Source: Lentisphaeria bacterium (lineage in GTDB: Bacteria; Verrucomicrobiota; Lentisphaeria; JABSQK01; JAWLHB01). From it: 64,000 bases of DNA. Position 1 is the first letter of the stretch. Each line of letters starts with the position of its first letter. Where the stretch lies: assembly GCA_041690595.1 (NCBI GenBank), contig JAWLHB010000007.1, positions 124,001 through 188,000 of the forward strand, in the 5' to 3' direction. Positions 40,488 through 51,373 of this stretch are shown in pieces. Both the position numbers and the translations under genes were made by a program. The notes under the pieces are model-generated. The model saw nothing but the letters and a program-made list of their open reading frames with translations. It was not told the origin of the DNA and did not search any database.

Positions 40488-43433
40488 ATGAACACGACTC
40501 TGCACCTGTATGTTTCGCCGGCGGGCAACGACCAGTGGTCGGGCCGCCGACCCGAACCCGGCGCTGACGGGACGGACGGCCCCTGCGCAACCCTGGCCGG
40601 CGCGCGCGACGCCATCCGCCGGGCACGCAGCCAGACAGACACCCATGGACCGATTACGGTCGAGGTTGCGGCCGGGTTCTACGAGCTGGCGGAACCGCTG
40701 CTCTTCACGCCGGCGGACGGCGGCACGGCCACGGCCCCCATACGGTACGTGGCGGCGTCCGGCGCGGCTCCGATCATCAGCGGCGGCCGGGTGCTGGCGG
40801 GTTGGCGGGAAACCGAACACAGCGGGCAGCGTTGCTGGACTCTCGATCTGCCGGAGGTCGCCGCCGGTGACTGGGATTTCAGTCGGCTCTATGTGAACCA
40901 GGCTCCGCGACCCCGTCCCCGGCTGCCCAAGAGTGGCTTCCACCATTTCACGGGCGCGGGGAACAGCGGCGGCGGCTGGTGCAAGGGACCGGACCGCGCC
41001 AGCTTTGCTCCGGGCGACATCAAGAGCTGGAAGAACTGGCAGGATGTCGAGCTGATCTCCTACGAGCTGTGGTTTGACACCCACCATCGCATCCGGGCCA
41101 TTGACGAGGCCACCGGCACCGTCACCTTCCACGCCCCCAGCCTGGGCACCCTGAAGGATGAGCGGGGAGCTTTCGCGCGCTACTTCGTGGAGAACGTCTT
41201 CGAGGCCCTGGACACGCCTGGTGAATGGTACCTGGATCGTCCGGCGGGACGGCTCTACTACCTGCCCCTGCCTGGTGAAACGCTGGAGGAAACCACGGTC
41301 GTTGCGCCGCGCCTGACCGAGCTGCTGCGCCTGCAGGGGGAAAACGGGAGCCGAGTCGGGCACCTGCATTTCGAACACTTGACCTTTGCCCACCAGCACT
41401 GGGAGTTGCCGCGTGAATGTCCGGGTTACATCCAGGCTGCCTGGGGCGTACCCGGCGCCATCCTTCTGGCAGGTGCCGAGGCCTGCGCGTTCTACGGTTG
41501 CACTGTCACGCACGTCAACGGTTACGGCATGGAAGTGCTTGCCGGCAGCACCCGCAACCTTATCGCCGCCTGTACGATCCATGACGCGGGAGGAGGCGGC
41601 ATCAAGCTCGGGCACGAGCAGCTGCTCCCTCATGAATCGCCGGTGGGCGCCAGGCAGAGCGGGGATTGTCCGCCCCTGGCGACTACCGTGGTTGACTGCA
41701 CCATTCGCGATTGCGGGCACATCTTTCCCAGCGCCATCGGCATCTGGGTCGGCAACAGCGGCTGGAACCGCCTGCTGCACAATCGCATTTTCAACTGCAA
41801 TTACACCGGCATCTCCTGCGGCTGGACCTGGGGCTACGCACAAACTCGCACCGTCTCCAACCGCATCGAGAACAACCATATTCACCACATCAACCACCGC
41901 CAGATTCTCAGCGACAACGGGGGGATCTATACCCTCGGGCGTCAGCCTGGAGCCACGGTGTGTGGCAATGTGATACACGACATCGCCTGCTATGGCTACG
42001 GTGGATGGGGCATCTACCCGGACGAGGGAAGCTCCGGAATCCGCTTCGAGTCTAACTTGGTCCGCGGCACCCAGAAAGCCGCTTTCTCCACCCATTACGG
42101 TCGGGACAACCTGGTGCGGTACAACATCTTCGCGGGCAGCCAGGCCGAGCACGTGCACCTCGGCCGTCGAGAGCGCCACCGCTCGGCCGTCTGCCGCCAC
42201 AACCTGATCGTGACCGCCAACGGGCGGCTGCGCCAACGCGGCGACTGTCCGGCGCACTACACCATCGGCGATAATCTCTTCTGGGCGCTCGACGGAACGC
42301 CGCCATGCCTGGATGGCAAGCCGGTACCCGCCGACGCCGGCACCGTTGCAGATCCCCTGTTCGCGGACGCCGAGGGTGGCGATTTCTCTCTGCGTCCAGA
42401 TTCGCCGGCTTTCGCGATCGGCTTTCAGCCGTTCGATTGGCGCGCCGCCGGACCGCGATTCGGCGTCACTCGCCCGGGCAGTTTACACGACTATCTGGAC
42501 CGGCATCCTCTGCCGCCGGAGGGTGGGGCGGCGGTCGAGGTCCTGATCGAGGCCACCTCCATTCCGGCGGACGGCGCGCCGGCAACCGCCACGTTTACGG
42601 TCACCCTCACCAATCATGGCACCGCGCCTGGCCGGGGGCGGTTGCGCCTGGCCGGCGGTCCCGCGAAGAGCGTGGGCACCCCGAGCCTCGAAGTCCTGGC
42701 CTTTGACCTTGCTCCGGGCGAAACACAGGTCGAGACGGTGACCCTGCCCCTCCTGGAGAATGCCGCGGCCTGGTGGCTGGACAGCGTGCCTGAAGATGAC
42801 GCCACGGTGCCGGTGCGGGGGCTGGCGCTGGCGTCGGCCGCGACCGGATGGGAACTTCCGTGGGTCGCCGCGACGACGCCGGAGGAGATTCACGCTGCCC
42901 TGTCGGCCGTCCCCGCCCATGAAGTCCGGGCCGGCAACCGCACGGTCGCGGAGATTGCCCTGGGTGCGCATCAGGACGGGTTGCTCGTCTTCGCCCGGCT
43001 GCATGACGCCACCCCGATGTGCAATCTCAACCAGCCGTGGAAGGGAACGGCTCTCGAATGGCTGGCCCCGGGCCCGCGTGTGGCGCCGGGCGAAGCTCTC
43101 TCGCCACGCCGCCACCTGGTACTTACCCCGCTGACGGGGGGACGGGGTGCGGCGGCGTTCAACATTCCACCCCCCAACGGCGTCGAACCCGCTCCGGAGG
43201 TCATCGTGGATGCCTGGCCATGCCCGGAGGGCAGCGAACTGGCGGCGTTCATCCCCTGGTCACGGCTCAGCGACACTCCCGCGCCGGCAGAACTGGCGGT
43301 CGAGATGGTCGTGGACGTTCATGAGCCCATCAGCGGTCAGATGATGCAGACCTGTGTCTTCGATCCGCCCAGCATCGGCTCGACGGCCCAGATGGGCTGC
43401 CTGCGTCTGGAGCCCCCAAGTCTGGCACACTAA
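40488..43433 (+). CDS. Right-handed parallel beta-helix protein (GH141-related glycan-active enzyme)
   Basis: YVSPAGND, LDTPGEWYLD, DNGGIYTLG, GIYPDEGS, PbH1-like repeats. Confidence 0.8.
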   Translation: MNTTLHLYVSPAGNDQWSGRRPEPGADGTDGPCATLAGARDAIRRARSQTDTHGPITVEVAAGFYELAEPLLFTPADGGTATAPIRYVAASGAAPIISGGRVLAGWRETEHSGQRCWTLDLPEVAAGDWDFSRLYVNQAPRPRPRLPKSGFHHFTGAGNSGGGWCKGPDRASFAPGDIKSWKNWQDVELISYELWFDTHHRIRAIDEATGTVTFHAPSLGTLKDERGAFARYFVENVFEALDTPGEWYLDRPAGRLYYLPLPGETLEETTVVAPRLTELLRLQGENGSRVGHLHFEHLTFAHQHWELPRECPGYIQAAWGVPGAILLAGAEACAFYGCTVTHVNGYGMEVLAGSTRNLIAACTIHDAGGGGIKLGHEQLLPHESPVGARQSGDCPPLATTVVDCTIRDCGHIFPSAIGIWVGNSGWNRLLHNRIFNCNYTGISCGWTWGYAQTRTVSNRIENNHIHHINHRQILSDNGGIYTLGRQPGATVCGNVIHDIACYGYGGWGIYPDEGSSGIRFESNLVRGTQKAAFSTHYGRDNLVRYNIFAGSQAEHVHLGRRERHRSAVCRHNLIVTANGRLRQRGDCPAHYTIGDNLFWALDGTPPCLDGKPVPADAGTVADPLFADAEGGDFSLRPDSPAFAIGFQPFDWRAAGPRFGVTRPGSLHDYLDRHPLPPEGGAAVEVLIEATSIPADGAPATATFTVTLTNHGTAPGRGRLRLAGGPAKSVGTPSLEVLAFDLAPGETQVETVTLPLLENAAAWWLDSVPEDDATVPVRGLALASAATGWELPWVAATTPEEIHAALSAVPAHEVRAGNRTVAEIALGAHQDGLLVFARLHDATPMCNLNQPWKGTALEWLAPGPRVAPGEALSPRRHLVLTPLTGGRGAAAFNIPPPNGVEPAPEVIVDAWPCPEGSELAAFIPWSRLSDTPAPAELAVEMVVDVHEPISGQMMQTCVFDPPSIGSTAQMGCLRLEPPSLAH

Positions 43434-43504
43434 AGGGATCTTGCGTTGCTCTTATTGACGAGCGGCGGAGAGGGGATAACCTAAGCGAAACTGGAGGATC
43501 TGCC

Positions 43505-45769
43505 ATGTCGTCGGTAACGTATAGACTTGCGTCGCCCGCTGGGCGTCCATTGGTGATGAGCAGCAACGGGGATGTCGTGCCACTCTGCACGGCGAGCGAT
43601 CCCATTCTGGACATACCGGCACTCAAGCATTCGACGCCGGAGCAGTGGCTGGAGCGAGCCCGCCTCTTCGCCGACAGCGGCGTACATACATGGAGCCTGC
43701 AGCCCATGCGCCAGAAAGGCTATCGCTCCATGACCTACTTCTGGACGGGCGACGGCGAGTATCCAGAGCCGGCGGAAGGCATCCGCTGTATCAACTGGCA
43801 GGCGGAGCGTCTGCTCGAGATCGACCCTCAGGCGAGCTTCTTCGTGCGCTTCGGCGACCAGACGCCGGAGTCATGGTACAAAGCGAACCCGGAGCATACC
43901 CAGCGGAACTGCACCGGCGAACAGCGCCAGTGGGGCTCCTCACAGATTTCCCTGGCGTCGCGGAAAGGCCTTACGGACCTGATCCGCTACATTATCCACA
44001 CCATCGACTGGTGCGAGCGGCAACCGTGGCGCGATCGCGTCTTCGGCTACATGTTCCTGCCGCACGGCGAGGGCATCAGCAATCTCGTTGTCTCGGGCAT
44101 GATCTTTGATGTCTGTCCGGCCATGCAGACGGCATTTCAGGACTTTGTGCGCGGCCGCTATGCCAGCGATGCCGCCCTGCGGGAGGCGTGGCAGGACGAG
44201 GAGGTCACGTTGGAGACGGTGCGCGTGCCGCATGACGCCGAGTGGCGGGCAGCGCAGCTTGGCGTGGAGCACTGGATCGAAGGGAATCAGTTACAGCGCT
44301 TCCGAGATTATTTCGAGCTGCAGCGGGAGCTTTCCATCGGCTGGTACCGGCGATTGATCCGGGAAGTGCGCGCCGCCATAGACGAACGTCGTACCTGTCT
44401 CTTCGGCATCGACATGGCAAAGCAGCACTTGCTGGGATGGCAGCACAACCTCTTCTTTAACGGCGCCGGACCGGGGCCGGAAGCGCTGGAAATGTTCAAC
44501 GCGTCGGGCAGTATCGACGTGGGCGAGCTTCTCGACGAGCCGGGTCTGGACATGCTGCTGACTCCGGCGGACTATACGGCGCGCTCGATCGGCTACGGCT
44601 GGGAACCCGAAGGTATTGCCGATTCCCTTTGCATTCGCGGCAAAGCCATCTTCATCGAGAACGATTCGCGCACCTTCTCGCAGACCGGCGGCGAGCATCT
44701 GACGTCGGGAGCCTTTCGCAACGAGGCGGAAGTGCGCGCCGGTTTCCTGCGCAACTGCGCCTGGATTCTGACGCGTGGCGGCTATGACGAATGGGGAACC
44801 GGCGGTGGCAGCTATTATGACAAACTGCGCGTGCAGGAGGTGGGCATCCGACCATGCGTCGAGCTGATGAACGCGGCGCGTGACTGGCCGCATCGGGAGA
44901 CGGAGCATGCGGTCGCCATGATTGTGGACGATCGGAGTCCCTGGTATGAAGATGGCAGCGGCGGATTTCAGAACATCGCCTGCATCTGGCAGCGGGTGCT
45001 TGGGCTGGCGCATTGCGGGATTCCTTATCGCATCTATCTCTTCTCGGATCTCGACAAGGCGGAGATGCCGGACTATCGCGCCTATTACTTCCCGAACCTC
45101 TTTCAGCTCGATGAAGAGCGGCTGGCGCTGCTGCGGAAGAAGGTCTTCCGGGACGGACGGTTATCGATCTTCGGGCCCGCGACCGGAATTACCGATGGCA
45201 AGAGCCTTGGTGCCGAGTGGGCCAGCCGGGTACTTGGCGTGGAGATGGAGATGGTGCGCAAACGGGCGATGCGGCGCGTGATCGTGCAGGGGAATCACCC
45301 GATCGTCGAGGCGCTGCCATCGGCGGTGACCTATGGAGACAGCTTTCCGTATGGTCCGGTGCTGGTGCCGGGCGAGGGGGCACTGGCGGCAGCGGGCGCC
45401 GATGAACTGGGCATGGCGACGCTGGTGTGGGCCTTCAACCGGCCGGGGCTCTTTGTGAAGGATCATGGAAGCCACAAGGTGGCGTGGACGGCGGCGCTGC
45501 CGATGCCGGCCAATCTGTTGCGCGAGCTGGCGCGCTGGGGCGGCTGCCATGTCTGGTGCGAGGACGACGCGGTGGTGCTGGCAAGCGATTCTATCGCCGC
45601 CCTGCACACGGCCAAGCCTGGACCGCACACCCTGAAGTTGCCGGAGAACCGTCGAGTGTGGGACCTGCTGGAGCAGCGGTCGCTTGGCGAGATCGGTGAG
45701 ATCGAGATGCGCATCTCACCGCCCGAAACGAGGCTGTACCATATCTCGGCGGAGGCGCCCCTGGGATGA
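43505..45769 (+). CDS. GH42-like beta-galactosidase family protein
   Basis: AFQDFVRGRYASDAALREAW, HGEG, FIEND, trimerisation-like C-terminal domain; GGAGG RBS. Confidence 0.65.
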   Translation: MSSVTYRLASPAGRPLVMSSNGDVVPLCTASDPILDIPALKHSTPEQWLERARLFADSGVHTWSLQPMRQKGYRSMTYFWTGDGEYPEPAEGIRCINWQAERLLEIDPQASFFVRFGDQTPESWYKANPEHTQRNCTGEQRQWGSSQISLASRKGLTDLIRYIIHTIDWCERQPWRDRVFGYMFLPHGEGISNLVVSGMIFDVCPAMQTAFQDFVRGRYASDAALREAWQDEEVTLETVRVPHDAEWRAAQLGVEHWIEGNQLQRFRDYFELQRELSIGWYRRLIREVRAAIDERRTCLFGIDMAKQHLLGWQHNLFFNGAGPGPEALEMFNASGSIDVGELLDEPGLDMLLTPADYTARSIGYGWEPEGIADSLCIRGKAIFIENDSRTFSQTGGEHLTSGAFRNEAEVRAGFLRNCAWILTRGGYDEWGTGGGSYYDKLRVQEVGIRPCVELMNAARDWPHRETEHAVAMIVDDRSPWYEDGSGGFQNIACIWQRVLGLAHCGIPYRIYLFSDLDKAEMPDYRAYYFPNLFQLDEERLALLRKKVFRDGRLSIFGPATGITDGKSLGAEWASRVLGVEMEMVRKRAMRRVIVQGNHPIVEALPSAVTYGDSFPYGPVLVPGEGALAAAGADELGMATLVWAFNRPGLFVKDHGSHKVAWTAALPMPANLLRELARWGGCHVWCEDDAVVLASDSIAALHTAKPGPHTLKLPENRRVWDLLEQRSLGEIGEIEMRISPPETRLYHISAEAPLG

Positions 45770-45821
45770 GGCGAAGTTTCGGGAAATCGTGACAGATGCC
45801 CCTATTGACGAACAAGAAGTC

Positions 45822-45850
45822 TTGCATTCATCTACCGGCTAAGGTATACT
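45822..45850 (+). promoter_or_regulatory. Sigma70-like promoter of PEPCK
   Basis: TTGCAT-17 nt-TATACT. Confidence 0.6.
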
Positions 45851-45953
45851 ACCGGACCAAGCCCGGGGTCAAGTACCTGAGTAGCCATTATGCGAGACCA
45901 CCGGCAAAGAGCTTTGGATTCAGTGGTAACTCCGTGGAATAGAAGGAAAGATC

Positions 45954-47741
45954 ATGATTGAGATCAAGAATGATAAGATGCGCAACTGGGTGAAGGAAGT
46001 CGCCGCCATGTGCGAGCCGGCGGACATCCATGTATGCGACGGCAGTGAAGACGAGTACAACAGCCTGATGGCCATGATGATCGAAACCGGGATGGCGACG
46101 CCGCTGGAGAAGCGGGAGAACAGCTACCTGTTCCGTTCGGATCCGGGCGACGTGGCCCGCGTCGAAGCACGCACCTACATCAGTACGCCGACCAGGGAAG
46201 AAGCCGGCCCTTCGAACAACTGGCTGCATCCGGACGAGTTGAAGGCGACGATGAAGGAGTTGTACGCGGGCTGCATGAAGGGCCGCACAATGTATGTGAT
46301 TCCTTTCTGCATGGGGCCGCTGGGATCGCCGATGGCAAAGATCGGCGTCGAGATCACGGACAGCCCGTACGTCGTGTGCAACATGCACATCATGGCGCGG
46401 GTGGGAACACGGGTGCTCAAGGAGCTTGGCACCGATGGCGACTTCATTCCCTGCCTGCACTCGGTGGGCGCACCGCTGGCGCCCGGCGAAGAGGATTCGA
46501 GCTGGCCATGCGCGCCCATGGAAAAGAAGTACATCAGCCATTTTCCGCATGAGAACCTCATCTGGTCCTTTGGCTCCGGCTATGGCGGCAATGCGCTGCT
46601 GGGCAAGAAGTGCCTGGCGCTGCGAATCGCCTCGGCCATGGCTCGCCGCGAGGGCTGGATGGCGGAGCACATGCTCATCTTGCGCCTGACCAACCCGGAA
46701 GGCAAGCAGTTCCACATCTGCGCGGCTTTCCCCTCGGCCTGCGGCAAAACCAATCTGGCCATGCTCCAGCCGACCCTCGACGGATGGAAGGCCGAATGCA
46801 TCGGTGACGATATCGCCTGGATGAAAATCGGCCCGGACGGCCGTCTCTATGCCGTGAACCCGGAAGCGGGCTTCTTCGGCGTGGCGCCGGGTACCAGCTA
46901 CGATACGAATCCGATGGCGATGGAGAGTCTCGGCCGCAATGCCATCTTCACCAATTGCGCCCTGACGGATGATGGAGATATCTGGTGGGAGGGGATGAGC
47001 AACGACCCACCCAATCACGCGATCGACTGGAAAGGACGCGAGTGGACGCCCGACAGTACCGAGTCGGCCGCGCATCCAAATGCGCGCTTCACCGCACCCG
47101 CGGATCAGTGCCCGATCATCTGCGAGGATTGGGAGAATCCGGAAGGTGTGCCGATCGACATCTTTGTCTTCGGCGGCCGTCGCGGCAGCATGGTTCCGCT
47201 GGTCAATGAGGCGTTCAGCTGGGATCATGGCGTCTTCCTTGGAGCGACAGCCTCTTCGGAGACAACGGCGGCGAATATCGGCGCTGTCGGCAACCTGCGT
47301 CGCGATCCCATGGCGATGCAGCCGTTCATTGGCTATCATGCCGGCGATTACTTCGCTCACTGGCTGGCGATGGGCGACCGTCTCGGCGACAAGGCCCCGA
47401 AGGCTTTCTACGTCAACTGGTTCCGGAAGGGGCCCGACGGCCGCTGGCTGTGGCCCGGATTTGGCGAAAACATTCGCGTGCTGAAGTGGATGTGTGAGCG
47501 GGTGGAAGGGAAAGCCGGCGCACACGATACGGCGATCGGCAGACTGCCGGAGATCCGTGATCTGGATGTCGAAGGGCTCGATATCGATACCTCCGATCTG
47601 GAGGAGTTGCTCGACGTCAACCCCTCCGACTGGCGGGCAGAGTTGCCCGACCTCGCGAAGTACTTCACGCAGTTTGGCGACCGCCTGCCTGACCGTCTGC
47701 GCCAGCAGCTCGAGCAGCTCGCCGAGCGCCTGGACGCGTAG
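45954..47741 (+). CDS. pckG: Phosphoenolpyruvate carboxykinase (GTP)
   Basis: [43 protein letters not shown]. Confidence 0.98.
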   Translation: MIEIKNDKMRNWVKEVAAMCEPADIHVCDGSEDEYNSLMAMMIETGMATPLEKRENSYLFRSDPGDVARVEARTYISTPTREEAGPSNNWLHPDELKATMKELYAGCMKGRTMYVIPFCMGPLGSPMAKIGVEITDSPYVVCNMHIMARVGTRVLKELGTDGDFIPCLHSVGAPLAPGEEDSSWPCAPMEKKYISHFPHENLIWSFGSGYGGNALLGKKCLALRIASAMARREGWMAEHMLILRLTNPEGKQFHICAAFPSACGKTNLAMLQPTLDGWKAECIGDDIAWMKIGPDGRLYAVNPEAGFFGVAPGTSYDTNPMAMESLGRNAIFTNCALTDDGDIWWEGMSNDPPNHAIDWKGREWTPDSTESAAHPNARFTAPADQCPIICEDWENPEGVPIDIFVFGGRRGSMVPLVNEAFSWDHGVFLGATASSETTAANIGAVGNLRRDPMAMQPFIGYHAGDYFAHWLAMGDRLGDKAPKAFYVNWFRKGPDGRWLWPGFGENIRVLKWMCERVEGKAGAHDTAIGRLPEIRDLDVEGLDIDTSDLEELLDVNPSDWRAELPDLAKYFTQFGDRLPDRLRQQLEQLAERLDA

Positions 47742-47760
47742 ACGGCGAATCCGTTCTCAG

Positions 47761-47802
47761 GGCGCCGCACCCCGGTTCAAGGCCGGGACGCGGCGCCTTT
47801 TT
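47761..47802 (+). terminator. Intrinsic terminator after PEPCK
   Basis: GGCGCCGC..CCCGG/CCGGG..GCGGCGCC hairpin followed by TTTTT. Confidence 0.8.
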
Positions 47803-49420
47803 ATTGAGCGTCCGCGCGTGCCTGGCGATGCTGGAGAACTCCCTGCATGTTGTGGCCGAGGATCGGGATAAGCTGCGCATCATCGATATCCTGCGAGAGC
47901 AGGCGACCCAGTTCCCAGGCGATGGAATGGTAGGGAGCATCGGTGCCAAAGACGATGCGGTCGTTGCCGATGGCGCTCAGGGTATCTTCCCACGGCAAGC
48001 GTGAGCAGAAGCTGCCGCACCATTCGAGATAGACGTTGGGGTTGGCCAGAGCCAGCTTGACGGCGTCGCGGCGACCGGCATCCGAACCGCCGGAGTGCCC
48101 AAGGATGAAGCGCGCATCGGGATAACGCGGGGCGATGTCGCGGAGGAGGGCGGGCGAGTCGCAAGAGGTGCTCCAGGTGTGCATGAGGATGAACAGCCGG
48201 TGCCGATTCGCATATTCCCAGACTGGTATGAAGAGCGGTGAATCGAGCGGGACATTCCAGTATCCGCAGAGCAGTTTGAAGCCGACAAAGAACTGGCGGG
48301 AAAAGAAGTCGTCAAGCTGATCCCGCAGCTCGTCTGCGAAAGCCGGGTGAAAGGAGAGGCAGCCGCGAAAGCGCGCACCGTGCGGCGCCGCCGTTGCTTC
48401 CAGCACGCGATTTCCGGTGACAGGGTCGTCGGCGAGAGCGTCCGAGCCTGGAAAAATGATCGTGGTGGCAATGCCGTAGCGGTCCATGCGCTGACGCATC
48501 TGGTCGAGAGATGCCGCGATGTTACCCTCTTCGAGGACCCATCGCGCGGCGGCGCCGACATGCGCATGTGCATCGATGCCATGCACCTGCAGCGGGAGAT
48601 CGCTGAGGAAGCGTGGCCAAAGCTGCCGTTTGTCATCGGCGGGTGGAGAGATCTGTTCCCTGGCGGGGATCTCGGGCAGTCCAAGGAGTCGGGCCATGTT
48701 GCCGCGAGCAATGTCGTGAACCTCCTTCCCGCCAAGGCCGGAATGCAGCAACCCGGCGATCGCGGCGCCCGCGTGAGACTTGGGCCCCATGCCGAAGATG
48801 ACGCGATGCGCGCCAAACTCCTTCGCCAGGAGAGCGACGGTTCCTTCCGAGTGCACCCAGGAGATCTCGCACCGGATGGTTGGGCATCGGCGCATGAGGT
48901 CGAAAACGGTGGTCATGTGGGTCCACATCGTATCGGTAAGGATGACCGACATGTCCGGGAAGCGTTCGGCAACTGTCAGGACGGCCCAGGTATCCTGCAG
49001 TTCACGAATGTCGATCATGAGGACGGGGCTGTATGGCTGAAGCTCTTCCAGAACGGGTTCGAGGTGGCGCAGGTCATGGTAGAGGGAGCGCGGAGCAGAT
49101 CGCAGGGCACGCAGCCCGGTGTTGCGCATGTGCGCGTGCAGGTCGTCCATGGCGCCACGTTGGTAGAGCATGGTTGGCGCGACCACCAGCGCTGGAACCA
49201 GCCGCTCTTGCCACTCGGGATGCGCCGTCACGTTTTCGACCAGCCGACGATTCCCTTCACGGGCTTGCGGAATGCAGGATTGGTTCCACACAACCGCCTG
49301 ATCGACCCCGAGACGGTCCAGATGCGCCACCAGTTGCCGAAGGTCGCGGAAATCAGGGGTTTCGGCCACGTTCACGCCGTAGGAGGCATTCGCGTTCAGC
49401 AGGGAGATGCCGCGGATCAT
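47801..49420 (-). CDS. Two-domain amidohydrolase_2-family protein
   Basis: Second domain IDAHAH, LMHTW, LGHSGG, FGTDAPY; first domain homologous but degenerate; GAGG RBS before ATG 49420. Confidence 0.82.
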   Translation of the reverse strand: MIRGISLLNANASYGVNVAETPDFRDLRQLVAHLDRLGVDQAVVWNQSCIPQAREGNRRLVENVTAHPEWQERLVPALVVAPTMLYQRGAMDDLHAHMRNTGLRALRSAPRSLYHDLRHLEPVLEELQPYSPVLMIDIRELQDTWAVLTVAERFPDMSVILTDTMWTHMTTVFDLMRRCPTIRCEISWVHSEGTVALLAKEFGAHRVIFGMGPKSHAGAAIAGLLHSGLGGKEVHDIARGNMARLLGLPEIPAREQISPPADDKRQLWPRFLSDLPLQVHGIDAHAHVGAAARWVLEEGNIAASLDQMRQRMDRYGIATTIIFPGSDALADDPVTGNRVLEATAAPHGARFRGCLSFHPAFADELRDQLDDFFSRQFFVGFKLLCGYWNVPLDSPLFIPVWEYANRHRLFILMHTWSTSCDSPALLRDIAPRYPDARFILGHSGGSDAGRRDAVKLALANPNVYLEWCGSFCSRLPWEDTLSAIGNDRIVFGTDAPYHSIAWELGRLLSQDIDDAQLIPILGHNMQGVLQHRQARADAQ

Positions 49421-49461
49421 GGGAGCCTCATGCAGTTTGGTTGTCGATGTTGGGGGGGCTA

Positions 49462-50856
49462 TTACAGGGGCTTTCCATCCCAGAAGGAGGCGCCCAAAGG
49501 GGTGGCCCGATCGTCCCATCGATCGCGGAAGGCCGTCATCTTCTCACGAAGTCGGGCGATAGTGGAGGCATGCTCGGGCAGGCGGGAGAGGTCGTGCACT
49601 TCCCACGGATCCTGATCGAGGTCGAAGAGTTGGGTGGTGGCGACGCCGTTGACGTGGTAGTCGATGAGCTTGTAACGCTCATCTCTTACGCCGCGCTGGA
49701 CATTGGTGTAGGCCAGGTAGAGGGAGTCGCGGGCCGGGATGGCGGCATCGCGTATGGAGGGGACGAGGCTCTGGCCTTCGACGGATTCGGGAAGCTGCAA
49801 GCCGCAGAGGTCGCAGAGGGTGGGGAAGATGTCGAGGAGGTAGGCAAAGGTATCGCGCCGTTCTCCTTTGGGCACACCGGGGCCGGCGAAGATGAGGGGA
49901 ACCCGGACGCTGTGGTCATAGAGGCTCTGCTTGCCCATCAAGCCGTGCTGCCCCAGAGCGAGACCATTGTCGCCGGCGAAGACGAAGATGGTGGAGTCGT
50001 ACCGTCCATCCTCCTTGAGGGTGTCGATGACGCGGCCGATCTGAGCGTCGAGGTGGGAGATCATGCCGTAGTACTCGGCGATGTGGCGGCGGATCTCGCG
50101 AGGGTCGCGGGGGAAGGCGGCGAGCATCTCATCGCGGAGGTGAAGATCGCCGTTGTCGAAGGGGTGGCCGCCGAGGAAGTTGGGAGGCAGCTCGATGTGA
50201 TCGGGGTCGTACATGTCGAGGAACTCTCGCGGCATGGTGCGGGGGTCGTGAGGCGCCATGAAGGAGATGTAGAGGAAGAAGGGATCGGAGCTGTCGTGGT
50301 CTTCGAGGAAGTCGATGGCGGCATCGCAAAAGAGTTCGCTGGAGTGGTAGCCGGCATGAACGTGATCGCAGTTGCGATAAATGACCTCGTTGCTGTGGAA
50401 GGCATCGGGGCAGTAGGGGGTGGTGGTGTCATAGGCGCCGGTGGGGTCGAAATCGTAGGCGGGGACATTCCAGTGGTCTCCCATGCCGCCAAAGAGGATT
50501 TCGGCCCCATGCGAGAAGCTGCGGGCATAAGCGCTGGCGCCGTTGTGCCACTTGCCGGTCCCGAAGGTGTGGTAGCCGTTGGCGCGGAGATGCTCACCGA
50601 GAAGCACATGCTCCGGAGATACGTCCTGCCCCTGCTTGTGGATATGGAAGAGGGTGCGTCCCGTGTGCAGCATGGCGCGGCTGGGCATGCAGACGGCGCC
50701 GCTCGTTCCGCCGGGGATATGCGCGCGAGTAAAGGTTGTTCCTTCCGCCACCAGTTGGTCCATGGCGGGCGTCTGGATCGCGGTGTTGCCCAGCGCCCGG
50801 ATGGTGTCGAAACGTTGATCGTCGGTGAAGAAGAAAACGATATTGGGACGGCTCAT
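49462..50856 (-). CDS. Formylglycine-dependent sulfatase
   Basis: PNIVFFFTDDQ, CMPSR, GKWH, APHDP, GDNG..GQHG..GK. Confidence 0.95.
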   Translation of the reverse strand: MSRPNIVFFFTDDQRFDTIRALGNTAIQTPAMDQLVAEGTTFTRAHIPGGTSGAVCMPSRAMLHTGRTLFHIHKQGQDVSPEHVLLGEHLRANGYHTFGTGKWHNGASAYARSFSHGAEILFGGMGDHWNVPAYDFDPTGAYDTTTPYCPDAFHSNEVIYRNCDHVHAGYHSSELFCDAAIDFLEDHDSSDPFFLYISFMAPHDPRTMPREFLDMYDPDHIELPPNFLGGHPFDNGDLHLRDEMLAAFPRDPREIRRHIAEYYGMISHLDAQIGRVIDTLKEDGRYDSTIFVFAGDNGLALGQHGLMGKQSLYDHSVRVPLIFAGPGVPKGERRDTFAYLLDIFPTLCDLCGLQLPESVEGQSLVPSIRDAAIPARDSLYLAYTNVQRGVRDERYKLIDYHVNGVATTQLFDLDQDPWEVHDLSRLPEHASTIARLREKMTAFRDRWDDRATPLGASFWDGKPL

Positions 50857-50952
50857 GGCGTCTGCTCCGGCAAGGGTTGAAGATGAGGCAGGAAAAGATA
50901 GCCGCGAACGCGGGAAGTTGAAGCAGAAAAGGAAGGAATCGTGGTGCGGATG

Positions 50953-51330
50953 CTAGCGGGGGGGAGGCGGCATGAGCAGGTAGCGGCCAGTGAAGGCGTA
51001 GACCGCGGCGGGCACGATGCCAAGAGCCATGATGACCTGGATCCACCATGCAGGACGCATGGCCGCTGGAAAGGTGGCAGCCAGAGCCAGGACCATGATC
51101 ACAGCCAGTAAACCGCCGATGCGACGGGGCCAGCCGGAATCAGGATATTGCAGGACGACGATCAGTGCGTCGAGAGCCCAGAAGGCGTACCACCAGACGA
51201 CAACCAGGAGCATGGTCTGGAACTCATAGGCGCCCCAGGTAGTGGCAAAGCTGATCAGGTAGCTGCCGATGACCAGAAAGAGGAGGATGAAGAGCAGGCG
51301 CTTGGGGAAGTCGGGTATGGCTGGAGGCAC
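50953..51330 (-). CDS. Small four-TM membrane protein
   Basis: Four hydrophobic segments; same strand as neighbours. Confidence 0.65.
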   Translation of the reverse strand: MPPAIPDFPKRLLFILLFLVIGSYLISFATTWGAYEFQTMLLVVVWWYAFWALDALIVVLQYPDSGWPRRIGGLLAVIMVLALAATFPAAMRPAWWIQVIMALGIVPAAVYAFTGRYLLMPPPPR

Positions 51331-51373
51331 GGTGGGTCTCGTCAGGGGTTGCGGGTTGGGTTACTATACACGT

